This document shows positions 1-10,195 of a stretch of 24,033 nt of DNA, piece by piece. Within the stretch, counting starts at the first letter, position 1. Every line of letters starts with the position of its first letter. The stretch covers positions 1-24,033 of IMG/VR virus record IMGVR_UViG_3300032087_000766; one strand, 5' to 3'. The position numbers and the translations under genes were made by a program. A model generated the notes under the pieces. The model searched no databases and was not told where the DNA came from. It saw nothing but the letters and a program-made list of their open reading frames with translations. The stretch is from a virus (Duplodnaviria; Caudoviricetes).

Positions 1-699
1 AACATAGGTCTTGAAGATTTTAATTTATTAGGTGTGGCTAAAACTATAGCTGATCAATTAGGTAAAGACGAAGAAGAAAGAATGTATAGAGACGAAGATA
101 AAACAGAATTAACTAGAGAAGGGTTCATGAAAAAATTAGGAGACATACCAGGTGGTCGTGATACTTTCTTTAATTTAATTAAAAGATTTGATCCAGAAAA
201 TTTTTATAAAGTAGTAGGCATGCCGCAAACATCAGGTGGCTTAGAAGACATGTCTAAAATGCAGATGCTATCAACAGATGGAATAAATAGATCTACTTCA
301 GAAGGTAAAAAAAGATACAACGAAATAAAAAGATTTAATGCACAGATAATGGAAGCAAGAGACAAAACACAAAGCAAAGGTGACAGACCACAACAAGGAG
401 GGGGCAGACCTGCGATGGCAGAAAAACCTGCAGAAGAAGAAGCACAAAAAGATCAAAGTGAATATGCAGGAATGTTTGACGTACCAGGCACTATGATGTT
501 TGAAGGTAAAGAAGTTCCTGTTGGTAGAAGATTTTCTACAGACATAGGAGATGTGATGAAACGAGCATTGGAAGGTACTTCTGAGCGTCAGCTTGAACCT
601 TTTGCACAGTATGTTAAAAGAAGAAGAGAATTTTTAGGAGAAGAAGATGATGAATTTTTTGATGAAGATGGAAATGTAATTTATGGAGGAGTAGCATAA
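1..699 (+). CDS. Hypothetical phage protein, probably virion-associated/internal; likely 5'-truncated by the window
   Basis: The frame of ORF 34..699 is open back to base 1 (aac ata ggt ctt gaa gat ttt aat tta tta ggt gtg), so the true start probably lies upstream. Charged, acidic C-terminus. Its stop overlaps the next ATG (TAATG), with a GGAGG SD upstream. Function inferred from position only. Confidence 0.6.
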   Translation, partial: NIGLEDFNLLGVAKTIADQLGKDEEERMYRDEDKTELTREGFMKKLGDIPGGRDTFFNLIKRFDPENFYKVVGMPQTSGGLEDMSKMQMLSTDGINRSTSEGKKRYNEIKRFNAQIMEARDKTQSKGDRPQQGGGRPAMAEKPAEEEAQKDQSEYAGMFDVPGTMMFEGKEVPVGRRFSTDIGDVMKRALEGTSERQLEPFAQYVKRRREFLGEEDDEFFDEDGNVIYGGVA

Positions 700-1583
700 T
701 GGGAATATTTGATTTCATGTTTGGAGATAGGAATCCACCACCAGTAGAAACAACTAATATAAGCACTACTGAAATACCTAAGTATATAGCAGAACCAACA
801 GCACAAATAATAGGTTCAGCTATGGATGTGGCTAGAGAAGGTTTTATACCTTACACTGGTCCAAGACTTGCAGGGTTTACTCAAGATGAACAAGACGCAT
901 TTCAACAAGCAAGAGATATGCAAGGTATCGCAGGTTTGCAACAAGACCAAGCATACACAGCGGCAACAGCATCAGGTGCTCCAGCTTTATCTTCAGTCAG
1001 TCCTTACATGACAGATTACATGACTAACGTTGCAGATGTAGCGGCAGGTAAGTTAAGAGAACAATCATTAAGAGAACAACAAGACATAGCAGCTAAAGCT
1101 GTCGGTGCAGGTGGATTGGATAACACACGTTTTGCAGTATTAGAAGCAGAGAGACAAAAGAATTTACAATCAGGTCTAGGTGATTTATATACTAAAGCAC
1201 AAGCATCAGCATACGAGACTGCATTAAAAGCAGCACAAACTGATAGAGGTCAACAATTAAAATCAGCAGATGCTATGAGTAAGATTGGATCAAGAGGACA
1301 ACTTGGTAGACAAAGTGATCTATCTACTTTACAAGGCATCGGTGGATTGCAAAGAGGTCAACAACAACAAGCAATAGATATTGGTTACACTGACTTCTTA
1401 CAAGAAAGAGACTTTCCAAAAGAACAACTTGGATTTGTATCTGATATTATTAGAGGTGCGCCATTTGGGCAACAAACAACTTCTGTTGGTCAAACTCCAG
1501 GTCAAAGACCTGCACCATTCCTAAGTCAATTACTTGGTATGGGTATGCAAGGTGCTAACATTTATGGGAGTATATTTAAATAA
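699..1583 (+). CDS. Putative internal virion (DNA ejection/pilot) protein
   Basis: 294 aa, rich in Gln/Ala/Gly, predicted helical, with an amphipathic C-terminus (FLSQLLGMGMQGANIYGSIFK). GGAGG SD and TAATG coupling on both sides. Composition and position before a giant ORF are typical of podovirus ejection proteins. Confidence 0.6.
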   Translation: MGIFDFMFGDRNPPPVETTNISTTEIPKYIAEPTAQIIGSAMDVAREGFIPYTGPRLAGFTQDEQDAFQQARDMQGIAGLQQDQAYTAATASGAPALSSVSPYMTDYMTNVADVAAGKLREQSLREQQDIAAKAVGAGGLDNTRFAVLEAERQKNLQSGLGDLYTKAQASAYETALKAAQTDRGQQLKSADAMSKIGSRGQLGRQSDLSTLQGIGGLQRGQQQQAIDIGYTDFLQERDFPKEQLGFVSDIIRGAPFGQQTTSVGQTPGQRPAPFLSQLLGMGMQGANIYGSIFK

Positions 1584-2365
1584 TGGCTGATAAAAAAGAA
1601 AATAAAGGTACTGGAATACTTACTCCAGATATGTCAATAGACGATTTGCCTCTAGATTTTAGAGATGCTGTTCTACAAAACTTACCAAAATTGCCACCTG
1701 GGCCAGTAGCTGATTCAGGAATGGATGACTTTATGAAAAGCAAATTGGCTGCGTTTAAAATGAAAAAAGAAGAAAAAGATGCAGAACAAGCGGAAAAAGA
1801 TAGACTAGCAAACATGAGTGTTTTTGGTAAGATGATGGAAAAATTAAAAACAGATGCTGATGCTAGACAAAGATTTTTTGACCAACTTGGTGGCATAGGT
1901 GCACAAATTAGTAGACCAACAGAACCTGGAGAAGCTAGAAGTTTGGCAAGAGATTTAATTGTAGGTTCTGAACAAGGAGAAAAAAGAAGTATTGCTAAAA
2001 GAAAAGCAGAAGCTGAAGCTATGGCTGATGTAGCATTAGCAAGACAACGTGCAAATCCTATGCAGTATTATACAACTGCTATGAAAGATTTATCACAACA
2101 AGCTATAGCAGCAGGTCTTATACCTGGCACTCCACCTTTCACTACATACATTGGTGAAAAGTTACGAGGCAAAGGTTTATCTGCAAACTTAGCATCTTAT
2201 TCAGAAACATTAAAAAATTTAAACGAACAGTTATTACAAGCACAAGCAGCTAATCAAGATACCGCGACTATCATACAACAGATAAAAGATGTTCAAGGTT
2301 TGATAACTGCGGAACTGGGTGGTACGTCTGGCGCAAGCTCTGACATACCGTACAAACCTCAGTAA
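1583..2365 (+). CDS. Putative internal virion/ejection protein (helical, coiled-coil)
   Basis: 260 aa, Ala/Lys/Glu/Gln-rich helical. Translationally coupled to the upstream gene. Middle gene of a small-medium-giant ejectosome-like triplet. Confidence 0.5.
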   Translation: MADKKENKGTGILTPDMSIDDLPLDFRDAVLQNLPKLPPGPVADSGMDDFMKSKLAAFKMKKEEKDAEQAEKDRLANMSVFGKMMEKLKTDADARQRFFDQLGGIGAQISRPTEPGEARSLARDLIVGSEQGEKRSIAKRKAEAEAMADVALARQRANPMQYYTTAMKDLSQQAIAAGLIPGTPPFTTYIGEKLRGKGLSANLASYSETLKNLNEQLLQAQAANQDTATIIQQIKDVQGLITAELGGTSGASSDIPYKPQ

Positions 2366-2410
2366 CAACTATAACTAAGGGCGCGAGTCCTGAATACATT
2401 GTAGGTTATT

Positions 2411-5400
2411 ATGGTAGAAGAAGTAAAGTATATTCGATTTGAAGAAGTGCCAGAGGCACCACGTATTGCAGTTCCTGCAGACTTTACTCAAGACCAAATA
2501 GACCAATACCTCAAATCAGATTACGTAGAACAAACTTTAGCAGAAAAAGGTTTTGCTTTTAAATATGGTCTGCAACCTGTTAATCAATTAGAATTAGATA
2601 ACTTAGACGACTGGCACCTAACTTCAGGTGTTAAAAAAGGATGGCTTAGTACAAAATCTGTAGGCCAAAGCGTATTAGCATTTGCTAATGATTTTTTAGG
2701 AAACGAAGAAGCCAGACAAGAAGCCAAACGTGCTGCAGATCAATACATGTTTGACAAAGCCGCACTTATGTATCAAGTAGATGACGAAGGTAAGTTATTA
2801 TCTCGTGTAGGAACAATAGAAGAAATTATAAATGATGATGACCACTTAGCTGCTTTTACAAAATATGCAAGAGAAAAGTTTGGTGAAGCGGCAGCTACTA
2901 GTTTTCCTACTTTATTATTAAGTTTTGTAGGTGGTGGTGTTGGTGCAATAACTGGTAGTTTGCTTGCTCCTGGACTAGGTACATATAGTGGTGCTGTAGC
3001 AGGCAGTGTAGCAGGAAGATACTTAGGTGGGTTTATGTTTGGTTTGGGTGAATCTTATTTAGCACAATCAGAAGAAACAGATGATCCTAATTTAGCGTTA
3101 TCAGTTGCAGCAGCTATACCATACGCAGCTGCAGAATCTTTAGGTATTGGTCGTATACCCACTGCTTTAATTAAAACTTTTGGAAGTAAAGAAGCTGCAG
3201 CAAAAGCAACAAGAAACGGTTTATTAAAAGGTTTAGTAACTGCAGATGGTAAAATTAAGTATAGAAAATTAGCTGGTACATTTTTAAAAGAAGTACCAAA
3301 AACTATGATTGAAGAAGGTTTGGCAGAATCAATACAAGAAACAATAACAACTGGTGCAGCTGGAATAGAAGCTGGTAAAAGTTTTGATGACATGTTTAAC
3401 AATAAAGAATTTGCAAAACAATTAGGTGAAGCAGCAGCCGCTGGTTTCTTTGGTGGTATGCCATTTGGTACAGTTAATCCGAGTATTAAAGCTTTAAAAG
3501 TTATAAACAGAATGGGTGGTGTAACTAAAGATACATTAGAGGGTGCAACACTGGGGGCTGAATTAAACACTGATCCAGCACAAGAACCAATCCAATCTGC
3601 CCCCTTTGACATTGGCAACACAGTTACAATAGACAATGAATACAATGCTGACATAGATAAAGAACGTCAAGCACAGTTAGAAGGAATGTTTGGCAAACCT
3701 ACATTTAAAGTTTTAGGTACAGCTAATATTGAATTACAAAAAGGCCAAGGGCCTGAAACTGTTTTTGTTTTACAATCAAATGCAATTAAACCAGCTACTG
3801 TTTTCTTAAGACCTAACGAACTTGGTAAAGTAAATGTAGTAGAAGATCCTTCGGGTGGTGGTGAAGTACCAGAACAAAAAGAAAATTTTGCATACGATGG
3901 ACAAGCAACTACCAATAAATTAAATGATGCCGTAAGAACAAAACACACAGAGTTAAAAAGAAGAATGGTGCAGACAGGACATTTAAATACTGCACAAGAA
4001 ACTGATGTAACTGCATTTTTAAAAGGTGACGATACCATTGTACGTAATGTAGCTAATAGAATTATTGCAGATAGAGAGCTACAAAGAGACGAAAGAAAAA
4101 CATTTGAAGCAACGCCGCAAGAAGATAGGGAACAAGATTTATTAGATTACATACCTAAACTAGATAAAACATATGCAAAGTATGATGGAGTGCCAGACAA
4201 CGAATTAGAACAAGCTATTAGAGAAGATCTACCATTCTGGCGAACTCAAGAGTTTGCAGAACAATCAGAAGGTTTGACAGATCAAGTTGCTATATCTGAA
4301 GAGCAAGACAAACAATTAAAAGACTTAGGTTACTTTGGCGAAAGGGGGCAGAACTATGTCAACGAAAGAATTAGAAGTAATATAAATCCTGTAAATAAAA
4401 CAGAGTCATCTGGTAAAAGATTATTAGATAGTATATTAAGAAATGGAACTAGATTTAGTTCTATACCAGATATACTGGGTGGCCCAGTTAAAGTACAACA
4501 AAAGATTGGTGAAAAAATAACTAAGAACGAACCACTAACTGCTCAAGAAAAAGCAAGTTTGTCTGGCGATAGATTAATACCTGCAACTAAATATGATCCA
4601 TCTACATACACAGAAGAAATGTCATTTGAAAATCTTTACGATAAACCTGTCGAAGTTAGAATGAGAATTGTACTAGAGTTGGCAAGTAAATTAGATAGAG
4701 ACGGTTGGAAACGTAAACAAATAAATGATCCACAATTAAAAGAATTAGAACAAGCTTTAAAAGATAAAATAAAAGTAGCCGAGTTTCAATACGGCAGACT
4801 AAGTGAAAGTTACAAACAAGCTAAAAAAGATTTAGCAGACTTTAGAAACACAGGCGAGCATGTGTTAATAAATGGTCTAGCACCAGAGGGTGTGTTCTCG
4901 CTTGTGCCTATACTATCACCTACTGCTTTTAAAACTTACGACAATATTATAGTAAACCTACAACGTAACCTTCAATCAGAAGATCCTATTGTTAGAAAAA
5001 ATGCAACCGAACAATTACCTGTATATCAAAATATGTTAGGACAAGTGTTAGAGTCTAGAATACAAATGAATAAAATGCTTGAATCTATGAGTATAGAACC
5101 TATACTAAATTGGAATGAGTTTACTGAGCGTTCTATGAAGTCTACTATTAATAAGTATCGTAAAAAATTAAATCAAACAACCCCAGAGTTTAAAAAGAAA
5201 AGCATTTATTCTCAATATACAATGCTTAACAAAGAACCTGATGAAAGATCTAAAGGTGATTATCCTCAAATACAAACAAAAGTATATGCTAATTTACTTC
5301 AGATAATGGAAGTGTTTAGACAAGAAGCAAACAGACTAGGATTAGCGACTGTAGATATTGGCATGATGAATAGCGCAGCGTCTGACATGTTAGGAGGCCC

Positions 5401-8400
5401 AGGTACTGTAGGTGCATTCTTACCAGAAAAAGCAATGGGTGGTGCTGCATATAGAGGAGCCAAAGCTGCAATAGATGAGGGATTAATAAGTGGCTCTGAT
5501 CAGTTAGATCCTAACATAAATTTAAGTATGATTCACATTGCTTTTGATTTAGATAAATTTAACAAAGCAACTCCTGAACAAAAAATTGAAATGTTTGACA
5601 AAGCATTTAGTACTTTAAATCATGAAGCCATACACGCTTTAAAAAGCATGGGATTGTTTACAAAACAAGAATGGCAAGTATTAACAAAAGCTTCGGAAGA
5701 ATTTTTTATAGAAGATTATGATATAAAAACTTTATATGTTAAAGAAAATTATCCGTCATACACACCAGAACAATTCAAAGCTTTGCAAGTTGAAGAAGGC
5801 ATTGCTAAAGCAATGCAAGCATTTTTAAAAGTAGGTAAATCCCCACCTAAAGAATCTTTTACAAAACAATACACAACTGATAGAACTGTATTACAAAGAC
5901 TATTTGATAGAATAAAAGCTTTCTTATCTTTAATTGGTTTTAGTTTTAAACAAAATGGATTTAACAATGCTTACGACATTTTTGATGCAGTGCAAACTGG
6001 CATCATCGGACAAAGAATGCAAGCCAGAGCTGATGCAGAACAAATAAAAATTGTAGCTAATATAGAAAAAACCATGGGCATAAATCCTATGGGTGTTTTA
6101 GTTTCTAGTAATAGATTAGCATCAGACAATCCTGCGATTTTAGAGTTTCAAAAAAATGTTATAGCAAATTTTTTAAGTGATACCAGGTTTAGAACATTAG
6201 CAGAAGCAGAAGCTTATGTTGAGGAGGCTACTAAAGATACTCTTGTTCCTCTTAGGAACAGAGATCCTATGGAACAACAAGAGATTAAACAATTAAAAAG
6301 AACTATAACAAGAATAAAAAATTTAAAGAAGCCTTTACAAGCTAGAGTTGAATTAGAAACAAGATTAGAAAATGCAACTACTACATCGCCAGTAGGTAAG
6401 AAACCAGAGTTTCGTACAGGTCGAGCAGGTATAGGAGGTATAGATATTACTGCCCCCTATACGTCAATGTATATGCCGCTGACTGTAGATCAATTTTTAG
6501 CTTTAGTACCACCATTAGATGTAGAAACAGACTACACTGAAAGAACTACAAGCTTTATGATGGAACAAGCCCTGGATAATGTAGGATTTGGAGTGCCTTA
6601 TATTGAAATAGAAATAAACGAAACAGGTGGTATAGGTAGAGTTGTATCACATGAAGGTAGACACAGAGTAACTACAATTAAAGCTTTAAATACTGGCAAC
6701 ACAAAGATACCTGTAGCTGTACGATTTAAAAGAACAGGAGATCCTGAAGCATATAAAAATAATAAAACAGGTAGAAGTGATATAAGAAACAAAACTTTTT
6801 TATCTAATTATTTATTTGAAGGTCAATTAGTTACACAAGGGGGCACAACAGAATCTGGTAACATAGCGGACATGATGGGTAAAAAAGTATACGAAGGTTT
6901 TATGAATATGCCTGACTTGCAAGGTAACATTTCTAACTACAATTTTACTAAACCTTATATTAACAATTTTGCTAACAACCCTGCAATTAGATATGAATTG
7001 GGTGAAATACAAGATCCTTCTAATAGAATGAACAGACAAGAAAAAAGAGCTACACTCAACGAAATGAAAAAAGCAATTAAAGATGGTGAGACTGCGTATG
7101 AACCAGGTTCACAAGCAACTCCTAGAAAGATGTCATTCTTCTCTAGAGTGCTAGGACACGCACGATCATATGCTAAAGTATATCCAAAATTTAGATTAAT
7201 GTATGCAAACGTTATGAATAAAATATTTAAGTCTAGATCTTTGCAAATGTCTTTAACTGCTACTTTACAACAAAGATATTTAGAAGTTAAAAAAGATCCT
7301 GTAGCAAATGAAAGAATGAACAAAGCACACATTATCATGGAGATGACAGGCAAGTTCCCAGAGTTTAATGAGAATGGTGAGCTAGTGTTTGTTGCACCTG
7401 CAGATGGTGGTGCGTCAGATCTTGATGTAGTAGCAGGAGAAGTTGTAGTTTTAACAGGTGATGTAGCTATGGCTATGAAAGATCATCAATTAGTCATGGC
7501 AACTTTAATAAAAGAAGATTTAAAAGCTACAATATCAAGAGATCATATTGAAAATTTAACTGAAGCATTGGATGTGATACGTACGTTCTTTCCTAGATTA
7601 CGTGATGAAATTAGAGTATCGTTTGATGCAAAAGGGGGCACAATAAACTTGTTAAATAAAGCAGAGTTTGATAGTCTTGCAAGAGAACAACAGCTATATG
7701 CTTTAGAGAATGTAGATACTAAACAAATAAAATTTATTGTAGACAGTTTATCAAATGTAATGATAGGCAGAGGTATGGTGACAGGAGAGTTTGCAGAAAT
7801 AATAAATAGATTACTAGGTAATAAAGACGCGGGTCTTAACAAATTATTAGCGGAAGCAAGTATAGCAGAAGGTTACATGAGTAGACCATATATACCATTA
7901 CAAAGATTTGGTAATGTGTTTATTACAGTAAAAGATGATGATGGAAAAACTATATGGTACGAAACATTCGAAGGTAACATAGGCACAGAGACATTAGGAA
8001 ATAGATCGGCTATGAAAAAAGCCCTTGCCAAACGCTCACAACTCGTTGCAAAATATCCCAATGCAACTGTGAGTCAACCAGCTGTAATGACTATTCAAGA
8101 AGTTAGAAGATTAATAAAAGAAGCAGGGCCTACAGTATCCATAGAATATTTATCACAGTTTATGTCAGATACAAATGCAAGAAGATTCCAAGAAGCTATG
8201 AAAGAAATGAGACAAGTGTTAGCTGCAAAAGGTTTAGATAAAGACATTACTCCAATCGGTGCATATAGAACACCAAGAGACAGAAGTGTAGGACTAGAAG
8301 GTGTGCCAGGTTATAGTGCAGATTTCACAAGAGCGACAATGCAATACATAATGACTGCCAGTGAAGCAATAGCACGTAACAGATATCAACCATTAATAAG

Positions 8401-10195
8401 TCATCATTATAATGAAACAATAAAAGATGCACAAGCTAAAGGAGATAACAATTTACAAGAAGCAACACAAGCATTCTTTGATTACACAGAAGATCCTGTA
8501 CAAGAGTGGGCTAACTTTAGACGCATGGGATTCTGGTGGTATCTTGGTGGTAATATATCATCAGCTATGTTACAAACAATGTCTTTAGTTCAATTTACAG
8601 GGCCTTTATTGTCACAAATGGCAGGAACAAAAGCTACTACTGTTGAGTTAGGCAAAGCTATAGCCGATGCAACAAGCATGGCTAAAGTTTCTGGTCGACA
8701 ATATGAAGATGCTTTTTTAGATTTTAACAAAGTATTTGATGACGTACCTGGATTAAAAGACGCTATATTTACAGCAGTAGCAGATGGTACAATTAAACAA
8801 GGGCAAGCTATGCAAGAGGCTGGCATCGTGCCAGGCCCAGGCGGTACTCAAGTAGGAACTCAATCAGCTGCAAGAAAAAATTTTAGAAAATTTGAAAATG
8901 TATTTGTAGGTGGAGCATTCAATACTTTTGAAGCTGCTTCACGTATAACAGCTTTTATGGCGGCTTATAGATTAGCAAGTAAAGATCCTAAAGTATTAGA
9001 AAATGCAGAATTATTGTATGGTAATGATTTAGATTATCAAAACCAAAAAGATAGATTCGGCAATACACCAGAAGCTTTTGCTAGATTTATGGTTGAAGAA
9101 ACATTTGGTGTATACGGTAAAGAAAACAGACCATTTTTAGCCAGAGGGTTTGGTTCATTGCCTGCTTTGTTTATGACATACATTAGTCAAATGTTTGGAT
9201 TGTTATATCGTTTACTTAATCCTGTTGGAATGGCAGCAGATAAAACTGCGCTACAAAATAGAGTAGGCCGCCGTGCATTTGCTCGTATTATGTTAATGAT
9301 GCTGATTACAGGTGGTTTATTTGGATTGCCAGGCGGTGAAGATGCAGAAGATATATACAACTTAGTTAAAAGAAACAAAACAGGAATAGACGCGGATGTA
9401 AGATCTGAATTTAGAAACATGTTATATTCAGCAGGCTGGAGTCCTACCGCGATAGAAGCATTAGAGTCTGGGTTAATTAGTTCTTATATGGGTATTGATG
9501 TACAAAGACGTATTGGTTTTGGAGTTGCCCCCTGGTCTACGCAGATCAGAGCAGCACTTTCACTTGCAGGTGTAGACACAGGTGCAAGAGCAGAAGAGTT
9601 CTTAGGTGCACCAGGTTCTATATTTATAGATGGCTTTAATAATTTACAAAGCCTTGGATTTAGAGAAGGCAGATGGGGTGATGTAATAGTTAACAGTTTG
9701 CCACTTGGAATTAGAAATCCTCTTAAGAGTATGGACTATATGTTTGGTGAAGGCTACATAACTTCATCATATGGTTCTGTTGTAACAGATGATATAACTG
9801 CAGTCACTACGCTAAAACAACTATTAGGATTTACACCGACAGAAATATCTAAAGGTAGAGAAGCATTATTTTTAATGCGTAAGATGGACAGAGCAACGAA
9901 TACATTTAAACAAAGAATGAATGCAAGAATAGAAAATGCTTATATAAAAATAATTATGGGTGGTAAGAATAGAAACGGTAGTTTAATTAATGAAGGCAAT
10001 GCTGAAATACAAAAGATATATAAGGATATTATGAAACATAATCAAAACAATCCTACCAAAATGTTTATACCAGATCTAAATAGAAAGTTTGATGATGCAC
10101 TAAGAGCGGCCGATCCTAACTATGCCATCATGAAAGGCAAGCAGGAAACAATCGCAGAAAAATTAAGATTAAGAGAGACGTTAGGTCTTAATTAG
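2411..10195 (+). CDS. Giant internal virion / large polyvalent protein (zincin-like HExxH metallopeptidase, ParB/Srx-like motif, PLxRFG domain)
   Basis: 2594-aa uninterrupted ORF. N-terminal Gly/Ala-rich hydrophobic segments. HEAIH at 5621-5635 with downstream EE at 5792. HEGRHR at 6650-6667. YIPLQRFG at about 7889-7912. Hydrophobic C-terminal segments (e.g. IMLMMLITGGLFGLPG). Confidence 0.75.
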   Translation: MVEEVKYIRFEEVPEAPRIAVPADFTQDQIDQYLKSDYVEQTLAEKGFAFKYGLQPVNQLELDNLDDWHLTSGVKKGWLSTKSVGQSVLAFANDFLGNEEARQEAKRAADQYMFDKAALMYQVDDEGKLLSRVGTIEEIINDDDHLAAFTKYAREKFGEAAATSFPTLLLSFVGGGVGAITGSLLAPGLGTYSGAVAGSVAGRYLGGFMFGLGESYLAQSEETDDPNLALSVAAAIPYAAAESLGIGRIPTALIKTFGSKEAAAKATRNGLLKGLVTADGKIKYRKLAGTFLKEVPKTMIEEGLAESIQETITTGAAGIEAGKSFDDMFNNKEFAKQLGEAAAAGFFGGMPFGTVNPSIKALKVINRMGGVTKDTLEGATLGAELNTDPAQEPIQSAPFDIGNTVTIDNEYNADIDKERQAQLEGMFGKPTFKVLGTANIELQKGQGPETVFVLQSNAIKPATVFLRPNELGKVNVVEDPSGGGEVPEQKENFAYDGQATTNKLNDAVRTKHTELKRRMVQTGHLNTAQETDVTAFLKGDDTIVRNVANRIIADRELQRDERKTFEATPQEDREQDLLDYIPKLDKTYAKYDGVPDNELEQAIREDLPFWRTQEFAEQSEGLTDQVAISEEQDKQLKDLGYFGERGQNYVNERIRSNINPVNKTESSGKRLLDSILRNGTRFSSIPDILGGPVKVQQKIGEKITKNEPLTAQEKASLSGDRLIPATKYDPSTYTEEMSFENLYDKPVEVRMRIVLELASKLDRDGWKRKQINDPQLKELEQALKDKIKVAEFQYGRLSESYKQAKKDLADFRNTGEHVLINGLAPEGVFSLVPILSPTAFKTYDNIIVNLQRNLQSEDPIVRKNATEQLPVYQNMLGQVLESRIQMNKMLESMSIEPILNWNEFTERSMKSTINKYRKKLNQTTPEFKKKSIYSQYTMLNKEPDERSKGDYPQIQTKVYANLLQIMEVFRQEANRLGLATVDIGMMNSAASDMLGGPGTVGAFLPEKAMGGAAYRGAKAAIDEGLISGSDQLDPNINLSMIHIAFDLDKFNKATPEQKIEMFDKAFSTLNHEAIHALKSMGLFTKQEWQVLTKASEEFFIEDYDIKTLYVKENYPSYTPEQFKALQVEEGIAKAMQAFLKVGKSPPKESFTKQYTTDRTVLQRLFDRIKAFLSLIGFSFKQNGFNNAYDIFDAVQTGIIGQRMQARADAEQIKIVANIEKTMGINPMGVLVSSNRLASDNPAILEFQKNVIANFLSDTRFRTLAEAEAYVEEATKDTLVPLRNRDPMEQQEIKQLKRTITRIKNLKKPLQARVELETRLENATTTSPVGKKPEFRTGRAGIGGIDITAPYTSMYMPLTVDQFLALVPPLDVETDYTERTTSFMMEQALDNVGFGVPYIEIEINETGGIGRVVSHEGRHRVTTIKALNTGNTKIPVAVRFKRTGDPEAYKNNKTGRSDIRNKTFLSNYLFEGQLVTQGGTTESGNIADMMGKKVYEGFMNMPDLQGNISNYNFTKPYINNFANNPAIRYELGEIQDPSNRMNRQEKRATLNEMKKAIKDGETAYEPGSQATPRKMSFFSRVLGHARSYAKVYPKFRLMYANVMNKIFKSRSLQMSLTATLQQRYLEVKKDPVANERMNKAHIIMEMTGKFPEFNENGELVFVAPADGGASDLDVVAGEVVVLTGDVAMAMKDHQLVMATLIKEDLKATISRDHIENLTEALDVIRTFFPRLRDEIRVSFDAKGGTINLLNKAEFDSLAREQQLYALENVDTKQIKFIVDSLSNVMIGRGMVTGEFAEIINRLLGNKDAGLNKLLAEASIAEGYMSRPYIPLQRFGNVFITVKDDDGKTIWYETFEGNIGTETLGNRSAMKKALAKRSQLVAKYPNATVSQPAVMTIQEVRRLIKEAGPTVSIEYLSQFMSDTNARRFQEAMKEMRQVLAAKGLDKDITPIGAYRTPRDRSVGLEGVPGYSADFTRATMQYIMTASEAIARNRYQPLISHHYNETIKDAQAKGDNNLQEATQAFFDYTEDPVQEWANFRRMGFWWYLGGNISSAMLQTMSLVQFTGPLLSQMAGTKATTVELGKAIADATSMAKVSGRQYEDAFLDFNKVFDDVPGLKDAIFTAVADGTIKQGQAMQEAGIVPGPGGTQVGTQSAARKNFRKFENVFVGGAFNTFEAASRITAFMAAYRLASKDPKVLENAELLYGNDLDYQNQKDRFGNTPEAFARFMVEETFGVYGKENRPFLARGFGSLPALFMTYISQMFGLLYRLLNPVGMAADKTALQNRVGRRAFARIMLMMLITGGLFGLPGGEDAEDIYNLVKRNKTGIDADVRSEFRNMLYSAGWSPTAIEALESGLISSYMGIDVQRRIGFGVAPWSTQIRAALSLAGVDTGARAEEFLGAPGSIFIDGFNNLQSLGFREGRWGDVIVNSLPLGIRNPLKSMDYMFGEGYITSSYGSVVTDDITAVTTLKQLLGFTPTEISKGREALFLMRKMDRATNTFKQRMNARIENAYIKIIMGGKNRNGSLINEGNAEIQKIYKDIMKHNQNNPTKMFIPDLNRKFDDALRAADPNYAIMKGKQETIAEKLRLRETLGLN

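Noticed and set aside
2366-2388. caactataactaagggcgcgag resembles the 23S rRNA/I-CeuI site (TAACTATAACGGTCCTAAGGTAGCGA)
   Set aside because: It needs a 5-nt deletion plus mismatches, and there is no other rRNA-like sequence or homing endonuclease nearby. Most likely chance.
1576-9420. Numerous - strand ORFs (64-199 aa) within the virion genes
   Set aside because: Antisense shadows of long + strand genes, with Ser/Leu/Phe-rich composition and no recognisable motifs.
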